A stretch of DNA of 64,000 nucleotides from a candidate division FCPU426 bacterium. GTDB lineage: Bacteria; Oederibacteriota; JAAXVQ01; JAUVAV01. The stretch's first letter is position 1, and every line of letters starts with the position of its first letter. The position numbers and the translations under genes are program-made. Below are positions 19,586 to 28,893 of this stretch, one piece after another. The stretch lies in assembly GCA_030637655.1 (NCBI GenBank), contig DAOWGI010000090.1:10637-74636 (forward strand), written 5' to 3'. The notes beneath the pieces were generated by a model. It was not told where the DNA came from, did not search any database, and worked only from the letters and a program-made list of their open reading frames with translations.

Positions 19586-19649
19586 CTTTGTTTCCTTTGC
19601 CTTTCTTTGTGAACCTTTGTGTCCTTTGTGCCTTTGTGGTGGATCTTTT
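19586..19649. repeat. GxxExxY-linked repeat arm, copy C
   Basis: ctttgtgaacctttgtgtcctttgtgcctttgtggtggatctttt directly upstream of the nuclease start. Confidence 0.85.
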
Positions 19650-22600
19650 AAGCCTTTATCCTTTTTCTTTTTTTCATGATTCTTTCTTCTACAAATATGA
19701 CCATCACCGGCAGGATAATAAGTGTCAGCATGGTTGAAACCAGCAATCCCGATACCACCACTACTGCCATGGGCGCTTGCATCTGGGTTCCCTTACTAAA
19801 CCCTATAGCCAAAGGAAGCAAGCCTAATATGGTGGTGGCGGCTGTCATGACAATAGGACGCATACGTATGTTACAGGCTTCAAGCAATGCTGCTTTAAGC
19901 GTGATTTTCTCTTCTTTTCTTCTTTGATTCACAAAATCAATAAGTACGATACCGTTATTTACCACAATACCGCTTAAGAGGACCAAGCCCATGCCGGCCA
20001 TGGCGGATAAGGAATGACCGGTGATCAATAATGCCGGCGCCATACCAATCATGGCCAGGGGAATCGTAAACAATATCAAAAACGGCTGCCAGAGCGACTC
20101 AAACAAGGCGGCCATGATCATGAAAACAAGCAGCAAAGACAAAATCAAAATATTGCGCAGACTCACAAAAGACTCCTGAACCTGCACAGCTTCTCCGGTT
20201 AAATCAAGAGTGAAGTCAGGATGTTCCTGTTTAATGTCTGCCAACGCTTGCTTAATTTGCGGTTTAATATCATCAAGATTTTTTTTGAAAAGCCCGGCTG
20301 ATACAACCACTGTTCTTTGCTGATCAATATGATAAATCTCACTTGGACCCAACGAGGATTCTATGTCAGCAACAGCTTCTAAAGGCACTGTTAGTTCCAA
20401 GGGAGATCTGACCATCAACCGCCGCAGGGCTTCATTACTGTTTCGCTGGCTTTCTTGCAGTTGAACACGAATGTCGATTTCTTTCCCAGCTTCCCGATAT
20501 TTTGAAGCAAGGCTGCCTCTTATAGCTGCCAGCAGGGTTTTAGCCAGATCCGCTACTGATAAACTGTAGCTTGCTGCCTGGTCGCGCTTTATCCTGATGC
20601 CGATTTCAGGCGCATTTAAACTCAAGGTGCTTTTGATATTAGTCAGACCTATAATCTCTTCTAAGGCAGCTATGACCTGGTCATTAATCACCTTGGTTTC
20701 CTTCAGGTCATAGCCTTTGATCTCAACCATCACAGGATCAGATGAACCGGCCAGGGCTCCGAGGCCGCTGCCCTGCGTTTTAAAATTGATCCGACCACCC
20801 TTCAAATCTAAAGAAGCAAATTGGGCTTTTAACTCTTCCCTAATCTCATCCGCGTTTCTTTTGCGTTTTGACTTTAGGGTGACCACAATCTTGGCTTCAT
20901 TGGTCCCAAGTGGCTGCAAACCTTCCAGAGGAAGCGAACCAACACTGACCAGACGATGTTCAACTTCTCGAAGCTGCTGGAGTTCTTTCTCTATTTCAAG
21001 ACAGGCTTGATTAGTGGTTTCAAGCTTCGAACCAATGGGCATGGTCAAATGAATGACAAATTCATCCTGATCGATTTTCGGGAACAATCCTTTTGGCAAA
21101 AAAGTCATCAGAGTGATACTAAGTCCAAAAACAATCAGACTTGCCAGCAATACCTTACCGGGATGTTCTAATGCTCCGCTCAAAAATTTATTCAACCCAT
21201 CTTTACTTTTACCGGCCAGATTTACTAACGGCTGTTGCCATTTCTTCCTTTCTTTCACTGCTGTTGACCAGACACCGGCCAGCATTGGTATCAAGGTAAA
21301 CGCCACAAATAAAGAAGCTATTTGTGAAAAAACAATGGCCCAGGAAAGATCTTTAAATACTTGCCCGATAATGCCAAGAACGAATATAAGCGGAAGAAAG
21401 ACGACCACGGTTGTTCCAATCGAACTGGCTACTGCTCCGAACACTTCCTGTGATCCGATAATTGCCGCGGCAATTTTACCTTGACCTTTTTCCCGATGGC
21501 GGGTGATGTTTTCAATAACCACAATCGCTCCATCAACCAGCAGACCTATACCTACTGCCAGACCGGCCAGTGATACCGTGTTTAATGTTATGCCCTTCAG
21601 GTTAAGTAAAAAGAGCGTGGCCAAAATCGATGTTGGTATAGCAGTACTTACAATGAGTGCCTGACGATAACTTCCTAAAAATATATACAGCACCAGAAAA
21701 GCCAGAAAAGCGCCCATCACTCCGGCTTGTATCATCTGTCTGATTCCGGTTTTAATAAATGTTGACTGATCATAGATAAGATCAAGTTTTACGCCAACCG
21801 GTAATTTGGAATTAATATCCGGCAGTCGCTTTTTCACCCGTTCTGCTACAGCAACGATATTGGCATCCCCTTGTTTTAGTATAGACAAGGAGATATTTTC
21901 CTGACTGTCATAACGTGAAAAACTTGTCTTTTCTTTGTACGTATCTTTGACTTTGCCCAAGGCTCCAACTCTAATAGCCTGTGCCCCGCCATATTTGGCT
22001 GACTGTTGATTGGCTGTCTGGCCGGTTTTTTTTACGTCCCGTTGCCGGCTGCTGCTGAGAAGCCGTTTCTCCCGGTCAATATGAACAATAACATCTTCAA
22101 GTTCTCCGGGTTTATTAATCGCTCCTGCAATTCGCACTACATACTCATAAACAGCATCTTTGATATTACCGGCTGGATAAGTTATGTTTCCTTTTTTCAC
22201 TGCCTCCACAACATCAAGTATAGGCAGATGATGAGCTGCCAGACGACTTTGATCAAGCTCGACCAGTATCTCACGCTCCAAACCTCCGGTTAAGGACACA
22301 ACAGCAACACCGGGTATCTTTTCCAAAAGTTCGGCTACCGGACGTTTGGCAATTTTCAAAAGTTCCTGAGGAGTACGCTTGCCGCTTAAACTAAGCACCA
22401 CTACCGGGAGCTCAAAGGGATTGAACCTCTCAATACGCGGTTCTTTAGCCTCACGAGGCAGTTTGATTTTTACCAGATCGATTTTTTCACGCAGATTGAG
22501 AGAAGCAAAGTCCATATTAACGCCCCATTGAAATTCTACGGTTACTACTGATACACCTTCTTTGGATATTGAATGCAGCCTGCGGACACCTTTTACTGTT

Positions 22601-22815
22601 CCGCCGGCTTCTTCCACTACTTTAGTAACCAGATTTTCGATTTCCTGACTGGAGGCATTGGGATAACTGGTGACAACCATTAATTGGGGAAATGCCAACG
22701 AGGGCATAAATTCCTGCGGTAGTTTCTGCCAGGCAATAAATCCCAGCAAAGCTACCAAGGTATAAATCATGCTTATGGTTACGCGGCGTCTGACCGCTGT
22801 TTTTATAAAATCCAT
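19648..22815 (-). CDS. RND (AcrB family) permease
   Basis: 1055 aa; GLLVDGAIVVIEN, GIVVNNGIVLIDF and RMRPIVMT motifs. Confidence 0.95.
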   Translation of the reverse strand: MDFIKTAVRRRVTISMIYTLVALLGFIAWQKLPQEFMPSLAFPQLMVVTSYPNASSQEIENLVTKVVEEAGGTVKGVRRLHSISKEGVSVVTVEFQWGVNMDFASLNLREKIDLVKIKLPREAKEPRIERFNPFELPVVVLSLSGKRTPQELLKIAKRPVAELLEKIPGVAVVSLTGGLEREILVELDQSRLAAHHLPILDVVEAVKKGNITYPAGNIKDAVYEYVVRIAGAINKPGELEDVIVHIDREKRLLSSSRQRDVKKTGQTANQQSAKYGGAQAIRVGALGKVKDTYKEKTSFSRYDSQENISLSILKQGDANIVAVAERVKKRLPDINSKLPVGVKLDLIYDQSTFIKTGIRQMIQAGVMGAFLAFLVLYIFLGSYRQALIVSTAIPTSILATLFLLNLKGITLNTVSLAGLAVGIGLLVDGAIVVIENITRHREKGQGKIAAAIIGSQEVFGAVASSIGTTVVVFLPLIFVLGIIGQVFKDLSWAIVFSQIASLFVAFTLIPMLAGVWSTAVKERKKWQQPLVNLAGKSKDGLNKFLSGALEHPGKVLLASLIVFGLSITLMTFLPKGLFPKIDQDEFVIHLTMPIGSKLETTNQACLEIEKELQQLREVEHRLVSVGSLPLEGLQPLGTNEAKIVVTLKSKRKRNADEIREELKAQFASLDLKGGRINFKTQGSGLGALAGSSDPVMVEIKGYDLKETKVINDQVIAALEEIIGLTNIKSTLSLNAPEIGIRIKRDQAASYSLSVADLAKTLLAAIRGSLASKYREAGKEIDIRVQLQESQRNSNEALRRLMVRSPLELTVPLEAVADIESSLGPSEIYHIDQQRTVVVSAGLFKKNLDDIKPQIKQALADIKQEHPDFTLDLTGEAVQVQESFVSLRNILILSLLLVFMIMAALFESLWQPFLILFTIPLAMIGMAPALLITGHSLSAMAGMGLVLLSGIVVNNGIVLIDFVNQRRKEEKITLKAALLEACNIRMRPIVMTAATTILGLLPLAIGFSKGTQMQAPMAVVVVSGLLVSTMLTLIILPVMVIFVEERIMKKRKRIKA

Positions 22816-22874
22816 CGAACTTCTCCGATCAAAATTTTCTGGGGGTTAAACCGCAAAGTCAAAAACAAATTCAA

Positions 22875-23124
22875 AATATTCACCACAAAGGCACTAAGGA
22901 CACGAAGATTCACAAAGAAAACCAAAATCTTTTTAGGGTGAAATCCTGAACTCGAAATCTAAAAACCAAAACCATTTAAATAAGATTTTTAAAATTCATA
23001 CAGCTTTTATATTTAACCCCTCAAAACTTTTGATTTTTCATTATTTTGCCTTTGCCTTCTTTGTGTTCCTTGGTGTCCTTAGTACCTCTCGTGCCCGTAG
23101 TTCGGGTATTGTGGTGCATCTTTT
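22875..23124. repeat. GxxExxY-linked inverted repeat element, copy D (long AT-rich spacer)
   Basis: attcaccacaaaggcactaaggacacgaag ... cttggtgtccttagtacc...gtggtgcatctttt. Confidence 0.85.
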
Positions 23125-23133
23125 AAGTCTTTT

Positions 23134-24207
23134 TTATTTCGTATCAGTATACACTTCCGGTTTTCCAAAGCGGATGGTTTCTCCGGGCTTGACATCCGCA
23201 TAGGCCGGGCGCATGACAATCAATTCGCCTTCTTCCAGACCTTGTAGTGCGGCAGTATAATCTCTTGATTCATAACCCATTTTTATTTCACGCTCTGCTA
23301 TGGTTCTATCTCCTTTAACAACCAGCACTTTTTCCTGCCCTTCCAAAAGCGCTGACTTAGGAATAATGGCAGAGGTCTGATCATAGGTAATAATCCTGCA
23401 TGTCGCTGATAATCCGGGACGCAGCTTATTACTGAATTTTTTATCCAGCTTAATGCGAATAGGTATCATCCGGCTGCTAGTCGTTATTTCAGGTGATACA
23501 CTGCTCACTTCTCCTGATATAGGTCCATCTGAAATTGCTGTAACATGAACCTGCGCTTTTTGGCCCACATAGATTTCAGACAAATGGTTTTCAATAATAC
23601 TGACTTCAAGATAGAAATAATCATCATCACTGACAAAATAGGCTATTGGGCTTTGACGATTTACCAGCTCACCTTCCTGCACTAATATCTCGCCTAATTT
23701 GCCATTTTTGGGCGCTCGGATAAATGTATCATCATAATCCTTCTTGACCACTTTGACGATTTCATTAGCTTCTTCCAGTTCGGTCTGCGAGGCTCCTCCG
23801 ACCTCAAACAAAGACTTTTTTCTCTTCAAGCCTATCTGGGCTTGTTTTAATTTTGACCTGGTACGAGTATGATCCTGCTCGGCAATAATCTGACCTTTTT
23901 TGACAAAAGCTCCGGGTTTGAAATTGTACTTAACCAAAATCTCTTCCTGCGTAGATTTCAATTCCAACGATGAGCTTTTGACTGTTCCCAGCAAACCGGT
24001 CAAGGCATCCTCAAACTGCTTTTTCTCTACTTTAAACACCTGCACATATTTCAAATTGCCGTCTGCCTGCTGAGCGGCTTTATTCTGCCGATATTCCCTG
24101 ACTGCCCTGGCTTGGTTCCATTTCCACAACATCCCAAGCGCGGCAATAATTAATATGCAGCCGATCACCAATACTTTAAAACGATTCTTCAGCAATTGTT
24201 TAATCAT
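23134..24207 (-). CDS. RND periplasmic adaptor (membrane fusion protein)
   Basis: N-terminal TM; GAFVKKGQIIA, IRAPKNG and LRPGLSA motifs. Confidence 0.9.
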   Translation of the reverse strand: MIKQLLKNRFKVLVIGCILIIAALGMLWKWNQARAVREYRQNKAAQQADGNLKYVQVFKVEKKQFEDALTGLLGTVKSSSLELKSTQEEILVKYNFKPGAFVKKGQIIAEQDHTRTRSKLKQAQIGLKRKKSLFEVGGASQTELEEANEIVKVVKKDYDDTFIRAPKNGKLGEILVQEGELVNRQSPIAYFVSDDDYFYLEVSIIENHLSEIYVGQKAQVHVTAISDGPISGEVSSVSPEITTSSRMIPIRIKLDKKFSNKLRPGLSATCRIITYDQTSAIIPKSALLEGQEKVLVVKGDRTIAEREIKMGYESRDYTAALQGLEEGELIVMRPAYADVKPGETIRFGKPEVYTDTK

Positions 24208-24237
24208 ACTATCTCCCTATATTTCATTATTTTAAAT

Positions 24238-24350
24238 AATCCACCACCAAGGCACTAAGCTTCACCAAGTTTTTATATTCTTTCCTTTGTGTTCCTTTGT
24301 GTACTTTGTGCCTCTTGTGCCCGTAGTTTGGGTATGGTGGTGGATATTTT
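24238..24350. repeat. GxxExxY-linked inverted repeat element, copy E (overlaps tolC 3' end)
   Basis: atccaccaccaaggcactaag ... ctttgtgttcctttgtgtactttgtgcc...ggtggtggatat. Confidence 0.85.
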
Positions 24351-25742
24351 ATTTTGAATACTATATCCTTCTATACCCACTGCTTTATCTAATGCTGCTA
24401 ATGCCAGAAGATAATAGACTTTAGCTTCAGTGAGCGCTGCCAGGCTGTTTGCCAGCTTGTTGTTGGCTTCCGCTACATCGGATATACCTACTTTTTCATC
24501 TCTTAAATGTATTTTCTGAATAGCCAGCTCGCTTTTAGCCAATTCAACTTCCAGCTTGGCATGCTCTACCTGCGCTTTGCCCTTGTGCACATTATAAAAA
24601 GCTTCCCGCACTTCCACCATTAATGTTTGCCTGGCTTTTTTTTGATTATATTGCGCCTGCTGAAATTGCCAGCCGGCTTCTTTCTTTTCAGCGGCTGATT
24701 TGTAGCCATCAAGAATGCCTAATGTCGCGCTTGCTGTTCGTGATTCCGTCCGTGATGACTGTCCCAGCTTGGGACTTGTCTTCTGATCAAATCCCGATAA
24801 GGCCAGAGAATTCCAGGCAAATTTCTGAGTAAGTTTGATGCTGATATTGTAATCTTCATCGAGCTCCATATCTTCGCTGTTATATGCTCCGCCACTTCTG
24901 CCGTAAAAACCGTTTAATTCGATTTTGGGCCAGTCCTGACTATAATGAATTTTCTTTTCATATTCCCCGGCTTTTAATGATAACTGCTGCACCAGGTAAT
25001 CAGGATTATGCTCCTCGGCTTTTTGCAGGCATTCTTCCAACGTAACCGTGCTTTCGTAATAAGGTGTTGCTTTTACCAATTCCCATGCTGTTGGTTTATC
25101 CACTCCCAGGGCCGCGGCCAGATTCCAGCGAAACTTTTCCATCTCCGCTTGAGTGCTTTGCTTCTGGTACATATTACTGTTTTTCCGGGTTTCCGTTGCA
25201 ATAAGATGTCTCTTGTTAATGGTACCGTCTGCGAATAACTTCTTTGCCATTTTCAAATAGCGCGAACTGTCTTTTAAGGTTTCAGCATACTGTTTATAGT
25301 TTTGGTTAACCCGAACAAGATTCCAGTACGCTTCCTGCAACTGATAGTTCATATCAAGCTTGGCTTTGCGGTATTTCTCTTCCGCTATTTTTTTATTAAG
25401 CTGAGCCTGTTTGTAAGTTGACCATAGTTTACCTCCGCTAAACAGCGTCTGGGAAAGCTGTAATCCATAACTGGCTTCGCGAAAACCCGGTGTGCCAAGT
25501 TCAACAATTGAAGCGCCGTCTGTAAACTCACCTTTGGCACTTAAATTCGGCCACAGCGCTCTGGCTGCTTCCGCTGCTTTAGCGTCACGAACTCCAATCT
25601 CTTCCTTTGCCAGTTTTAAAGGACTGTAGTTTTCTTCTGCTATAGTTTGACAGCGGCTCAGAGTAAGCTGATCCTTTTCCGCCAAAACCTGCGTTGTTAC
25701 TGCCAGACTTAAAATGAGTGCTATCGCTATTTTTTTCATCAT
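24273..25742 (-). CDS. TolC-family outer membrane protein
   Basis: Signal peptide MMKKIAIALILSLAVTTQVLA after an AAGGA RBS; two OEP-like repeats (LWPNLS..., WPKIELNG). Start moved from 25907 to 25742. Confidence 0.88.
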   Translation of the reverse strand: MMKKIAIALILSLAVTTQVLAEKDQLTLSRCQTIAEENYSPLKLAKEEIGVRDAKAAEAARALWPNLSAKGEFTDGASIVELGTPGFREASYGLQLSQTLFSGGKLWSTYKQAQLNKKIAEEKYRKAKLDMNYQLQEAYWNLVRVNQNYKQYAETLKDSSRYLKMAKKLFADGTINKRHLIATETRKNSNMYQKQSTQAEMEKFRWNLAAALGVDKPTAWELVKATPYYESTVTLEECLQKAEEHNPDYLVQQLSLKAGEYEKKIHYSQDWPKIELNGFYGRSGGAYNSEDMELDEDYNISIKLTQKFAWNSLALSGFDQKTSPKLGQSSRTESRTASATLGILDGYKSAAEKKEAGWQFQQAQYNQKKARQTLMVEVREAFYNVHKGKAQVEHAKLEVELAKSELAIQKIHLRDEKVGISDVAEANNKLANSLAALTEAKVYYLLALAALDKAVGIEGYSIQNKISTTIPKLRAQEAQSTQRNTKERI

Positions 25743-25775
25743 AAGATTCCTTTTATTCAAATTGGTATTGTCAAA

Positions 25776-25904
25776 AATATCTACCACTATACCCAAACTA
25801 CGGGCACGAGAGGCTCTAAGGCGCCAAGGTTCACAAAGTTTTTTAATGTTTTCATCTTTCCTTTGTGTTCCTTTGTGCCTCCGTGCCTCTGTGGTGCATC
25901 TTTT
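25776..25904. repeat. GxxExxY-linked inverted repeat element, copy F
   Basis: atatctaccac...tacccaaactacgggcacgagaggctctaaggcgccaagg ... cctttgtgcctccgtgcctctgtggtgcatctttt. Confidence 0.85.
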
Positions 25905-25935
25905 CATTCCTTTTCTTTTTTTAATGATTCACCAC

Positions 25936-26226
25936 TCATCTTTGCCTCTCATTCAGCCGGTTAATCTGCTCTACCTGATTTATAGCCTGCTGATGCCGGT
26001 TTACATCCTCCGGCAAGCCGGTATTTGCTGCTGGATTATACTGTCCCGGCAGGCTCATTCCCGGTCTTTTTTCTATCTCTGCCAGCTCTTCCCTGGTCAA
26101 TTCCTTTTTTCCTTCTTTGGATACAACCTCAACGTTTGTACTGTTTCCATTTATAATTTTATAAATAATAACCCCGCTTACAATCAACGTCATGGCAATA
26201 ATAATAATTACCGGCAGCCTGTTCAT
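25936..26226 (-). CDS. Small membrane-anchored hypothetical protein, first gene of the RND cluster
   Basis: 96 aa, N-terminal TM helix, AGGAGG RBS. Confidence 0.75.
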   Translation of the reverse strand: MNRLPVIIIIAMTLIVSGVIIYKIINGNSTNVEVVSKEGKKELTREELAEIEKRPGMSLPGQYNPAANTGLPEDVNRHQQAINQVEQINRLNERQR

Positions 26227-26396
26227 TTCAGCCTCCTTTGATACTCTTTTTATTAGACAGTAAAATTTAGTTTTCCTTTCATTTTTTTTTATTTTTCTTT
26301 GATTACAGCAAAAGTGGGTATATTACTATAATAATGTAAGAAACTTGAACAGTTCTTTTTACGCGAACTTTTTGACAAACTTAATCCGCATCATTC

Positions 26397-26448
26397 ACAC
26401 CCTTGCCGTCCAGCTAACACTTCAGCAGGGGCGCCCTACCGGGCGCAC
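26397..26448 (-). mobile_element. 5' remnant of a class C group II intron
   Basis: Minus strand reads GTGCGCCCGGTAGGGCGC...GAAGTGTTAGCTGGACGGCAAGGGTGT and begins right after a terminator U-tract, the known insertion preference of group IIC introns. Confidence 0.7.
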
Positions 26449-26450
26449 AT

Positions 26451-26490
26451 AAAAAAAGCCCTGAAGGATTGAGTCCTCCAGGACTTTTTA
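26451..26490 (-). terminator. Rho-independent terminator
   Basis: Stem cctggagga/tccttcagg followed by a T-tract, downstream of the 26505-26870 gene. Confidence 0.8.
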
Positions 26491-26504
26491 TTTTTTTATA
26501 TTAA

Positions 26505-26870
26505 CTAGGCCGCTTTGCTCTCTAACCTGGCTACGCGCACTTCCAGTTTCGCAAACTCATCACGACCGACTTTTTGTTTCAACTCATTTTTAATCTCAGT
26601 CTGACCTTCATGCAAAAGCACAGACTGCTCTTTCAGTGTACTGACATCGGTTTTCAGTATACTGACATCGGTTTTCAGTGTACTGACATCGGTTTTCAAG
26701 ACATTGACAGCTACTGTCAGAATACCCATTTGTTCCTTTAAAACAGTTCTTTCTTCTTTTGCCACCCCAAATTCATGCAGCATAACTTCGGTTACTCTTT
26801 TTATATCTGATTTGATATCTTCCACTACTGTTTTAAATTCGGACAACGTAATCACCTTCTTTTCCTTCAT
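26505..26870 (-). CDS. Coiled-coil hypothetical protein with LKTDVS(T/I) heptad repeats
   Basis: GAGG RBS before ATG at 26870; 21-bp tandem repeat at about 26631-26700. Confidence 0.75.
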   Translation of the reverse strand: MKEKKVITLSEFKTVVEDIKSDIKRVTEVMLHEFGVAKEERTVLKEQMGILTVAVNVLKTDVSTLKTDVSILKTDVSTLKEQSVLLHEGQTEIKNELKQKVGRDEFAKLEVRVARLESKAA

Positions 26871-27073
26871 AATCAACCTCCAGAATTGTAGTATGGGCTG
26901 CCTGGAATTGGCAAGCCCTATTTGGTTAGACATGATTCTGGAGATTTCCATGCGAAAAATCTCACCGCAAAGACGCAAAGGAAAGATAATTAAAATAGTA
27001 AACTTCTTTAACTTAAATTGACTGCTTTAGCCCAAATTTTTGTCGTTGAGGTGGTATTTCAGCCTTTGTTACA

Positions 27074-27292
27074 CTATCCTTCGTCAACGCCCATGTGGGA
27101 ACAAAACCGTATTTTATTCCGTATCGTCTTTGCCGCTTCCCAACCGTCCATAATTGGCATATTCAAATCCATGAGGCAAAGATCATATTTCTTCTCAGAT
27201 GCCTTCCTCATAGCCTCACAGCCCCGGTCATCCATTAAAAAGCGGATCGCTTCCTGGAGAAGTTGTCTGTCTTCGGCAATGAGGATTTCCAT
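27074..27292 (-). pseudogene. Truncated response-regulator receiver domain
   Basis: ILIAED and [23 protein letters not shown] motifs, but internally shortened and lacking the C-terminal T/S and KP motifs. Confidence 0.7.
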
Positions 27293-27545
27293 GTTATGCT
27301 CGCCCTCTTTTTCTATCCCTACGGTAATTTTTTCTTAACAAATTTAATTTCCCTAACTCTTATTCGTGCCCGACCCCCTTTTACCCCTGGACTTCCCCCA
27401 AAACACAAGACTTTGCCTGGCGCAAGACACCGTCCACCAACAAATTAGACAGAGTTTTCACCTTTTCCTTTCATTTTTTTATCCAAACATTCAAACTCCG
27501 GCACCAATCATTATTTACCAATCATCATTTTATTACTGTTGCTGA

Positions 27546-28655
27546 TCACTCCATCCGCAAATCGTAGCTTGTGCTTCGGCCGCGACCTGAGCGCAGTTTG
27601 ATCAGCTTCTTTTCCAGCAGTTCGTTGATCTCCCTGAAAGCCGTGGCGCGGCTGGTCTTGGTCATGGCGGCGTACTTGCGCGTGGTCAGTCCGCCCTCGA
27701 ACCCCTTGGGCTCCTGGTCGAACAGTTTGTTGAGTACTTTACGCTGTCTGGCGTTGATATCCAGATTATCATGCCTACTCCAGAACTTAACCTTGGTCCA
27801 CACCGTCTCCAAGTTTTTGGCGCCGTCCTGCATCGCCTCCAGCAGCGTCTTCAGGAACCATGCCAGCCAAGGCGTCACGTTGAGACCGTTCTTCCCTGTT
27901 CTTTCGAGTATTTCGTAATAGGCCTTGCGATTCCTGAAAATCGCCTGAGAGAGGGAGTAGAAACGCTGTCCGGCGTCCTCGTCCTGGGCCAGCGCCGTGT
28001 CCGCCAAAGTCCGGGCGATCCTGCCGTTGCCATCGGCGAAGGGGTGGATCTGTACAAAATAGAGATGCGCCAAGCCTGCCCGGATCAACCCGTCCACGCT
28101 TCCCCGGCTCTCTCTCCACCATTTGAAGAGCCCCGCCATCTCTCGGTAAACGTCTTTTGCCGCCGGTGCTTCATAGTGCACCTTTTCCTTGCCGATTGGG
28201 CCTGAAACTACATAGACCGGCCCTGAGCGCCATTTTCCCACGTCGATCTTGGTTACACCTGAGAATCCCAAAGGGAATAATCCGGCCTGCCAACCGAACA
28301 GCCGCACATCAGTCAGCGGCTCCTCGTAGCGGGTCGTGGCGTCCAAGAGCATTTCCACCACGCCGTCAGCCTTGCGGTCGTGGATGTCCTTGACGCCCAG
28401 ATCGATCCCGAGACGCCTGAACACCGAGGATCGCAGAGCTTCTATATCGAGCTTCTCACCCTCGATGGCCGAGGTTTGCAGGGCTTCTTCGACCAGAACG
28501 TGACCGCGCGAGGTCTCTTTCTCTCTCAAACCGAGGATAACCAGCTGGCCCTTCAAGAATCCCTGAGCTTGCCGGCAGGAACTCAGGAGAGACGACAGGG
28601 CCTGCCAATCCCACCTGAACTTCGGCCAGGCAGCGGCTTGCCAAATGTACTTCAT
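27546..28655 (-). CDS. Fic family protein (DUF4172 N-terminus, C-terminal HTH)
   Basis: YIWQAAAWPKFRWD N-terminus and HPFADGNGRIAR Fic motif. GC visibly higher than the flanks. Confidence 0.93.
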   Translation of the reverse strand: MKYIWQAAAWPKFRWDWQALSSLLSSCRQAQGFLKGQLVILGLREKETSRGHVLVEEALQTSAIEGEKLDIEALRSSVFRRLGIDLGVKDIHDRKADGVVEMLLDATTRYEEPLTDVRLFGWQAGLFPLGFSGVTKIDVGKWRSGPVYVVSGPIGKEKVHYEAPAAKDVYREMAGLFKWWRESRGSVDGLIRAGLAHLYFVQIHPFADGNGRIARTLADTALAQDEDAGQRFYSLSQAIFRNRKAYYEILERTGKNGLNVTPWLAWFLKTLLEAMQDGAKNLETVWTKVKFWSRHDNLDINARQRKVLNKLFDQEPKGFEGGLTTRKYAAMTKTSRATAFREINELLEKKLIKLRSGRGRSTSYDLRME

Positions 28656-28681
28656 CGCTTCTCCTATTCACTTCAATATGC

Positions 28682-28762
28682 GAAGCGATTGATGGTGTTA
28701 ATCGCTTCAGCTAATTGCTTCATTTTTAAGGCGATTATAGCACTTAATCGCTTCATGGTCAA
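28682..28762 (-). promoter_or_regulatory. Sigma70 promoter of fic with palindromic operators
   Basis: TTGACC(28762-28757)-N17-TATAAT(28739-28734). GCGATT..AATCGC inverted repeats at 28682-28708 and 28729-28754. Confidence 0.75.
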
Positions 28763-28893
28763 TAGGCCTTTGTAGACTTCAAAAGTAAGAGCATTGGTGG
28801 CTGGCACTGTCTCCAGAATACAACTTTAATTATTTTCTCAAGTCGCTAAGTAAACTCCTGCATTTTCCCCAATTCGTTAACTGATCATTTTAA

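Noticed and set aside
14990-25904. Periodic repeats as a CRISPR array
   Set aside because: Units are 9-10 nt, degenerate and arranged as inverted arms, with no constant repeat/unique spacer pattern and no cas genes.
25743-25907. 55-aa N-terminal extension of TolC in the ORF track
   Set aside because: It is largely the translation of repeat copy F. The signal peptide and RBS indicate a start at 25742.
26961-26985. ctcaccgcaaagacgcaaag periodic motif
   Set aside because: Resembles the periodic repeat style but is a lone two-unit arm; insufficient support.
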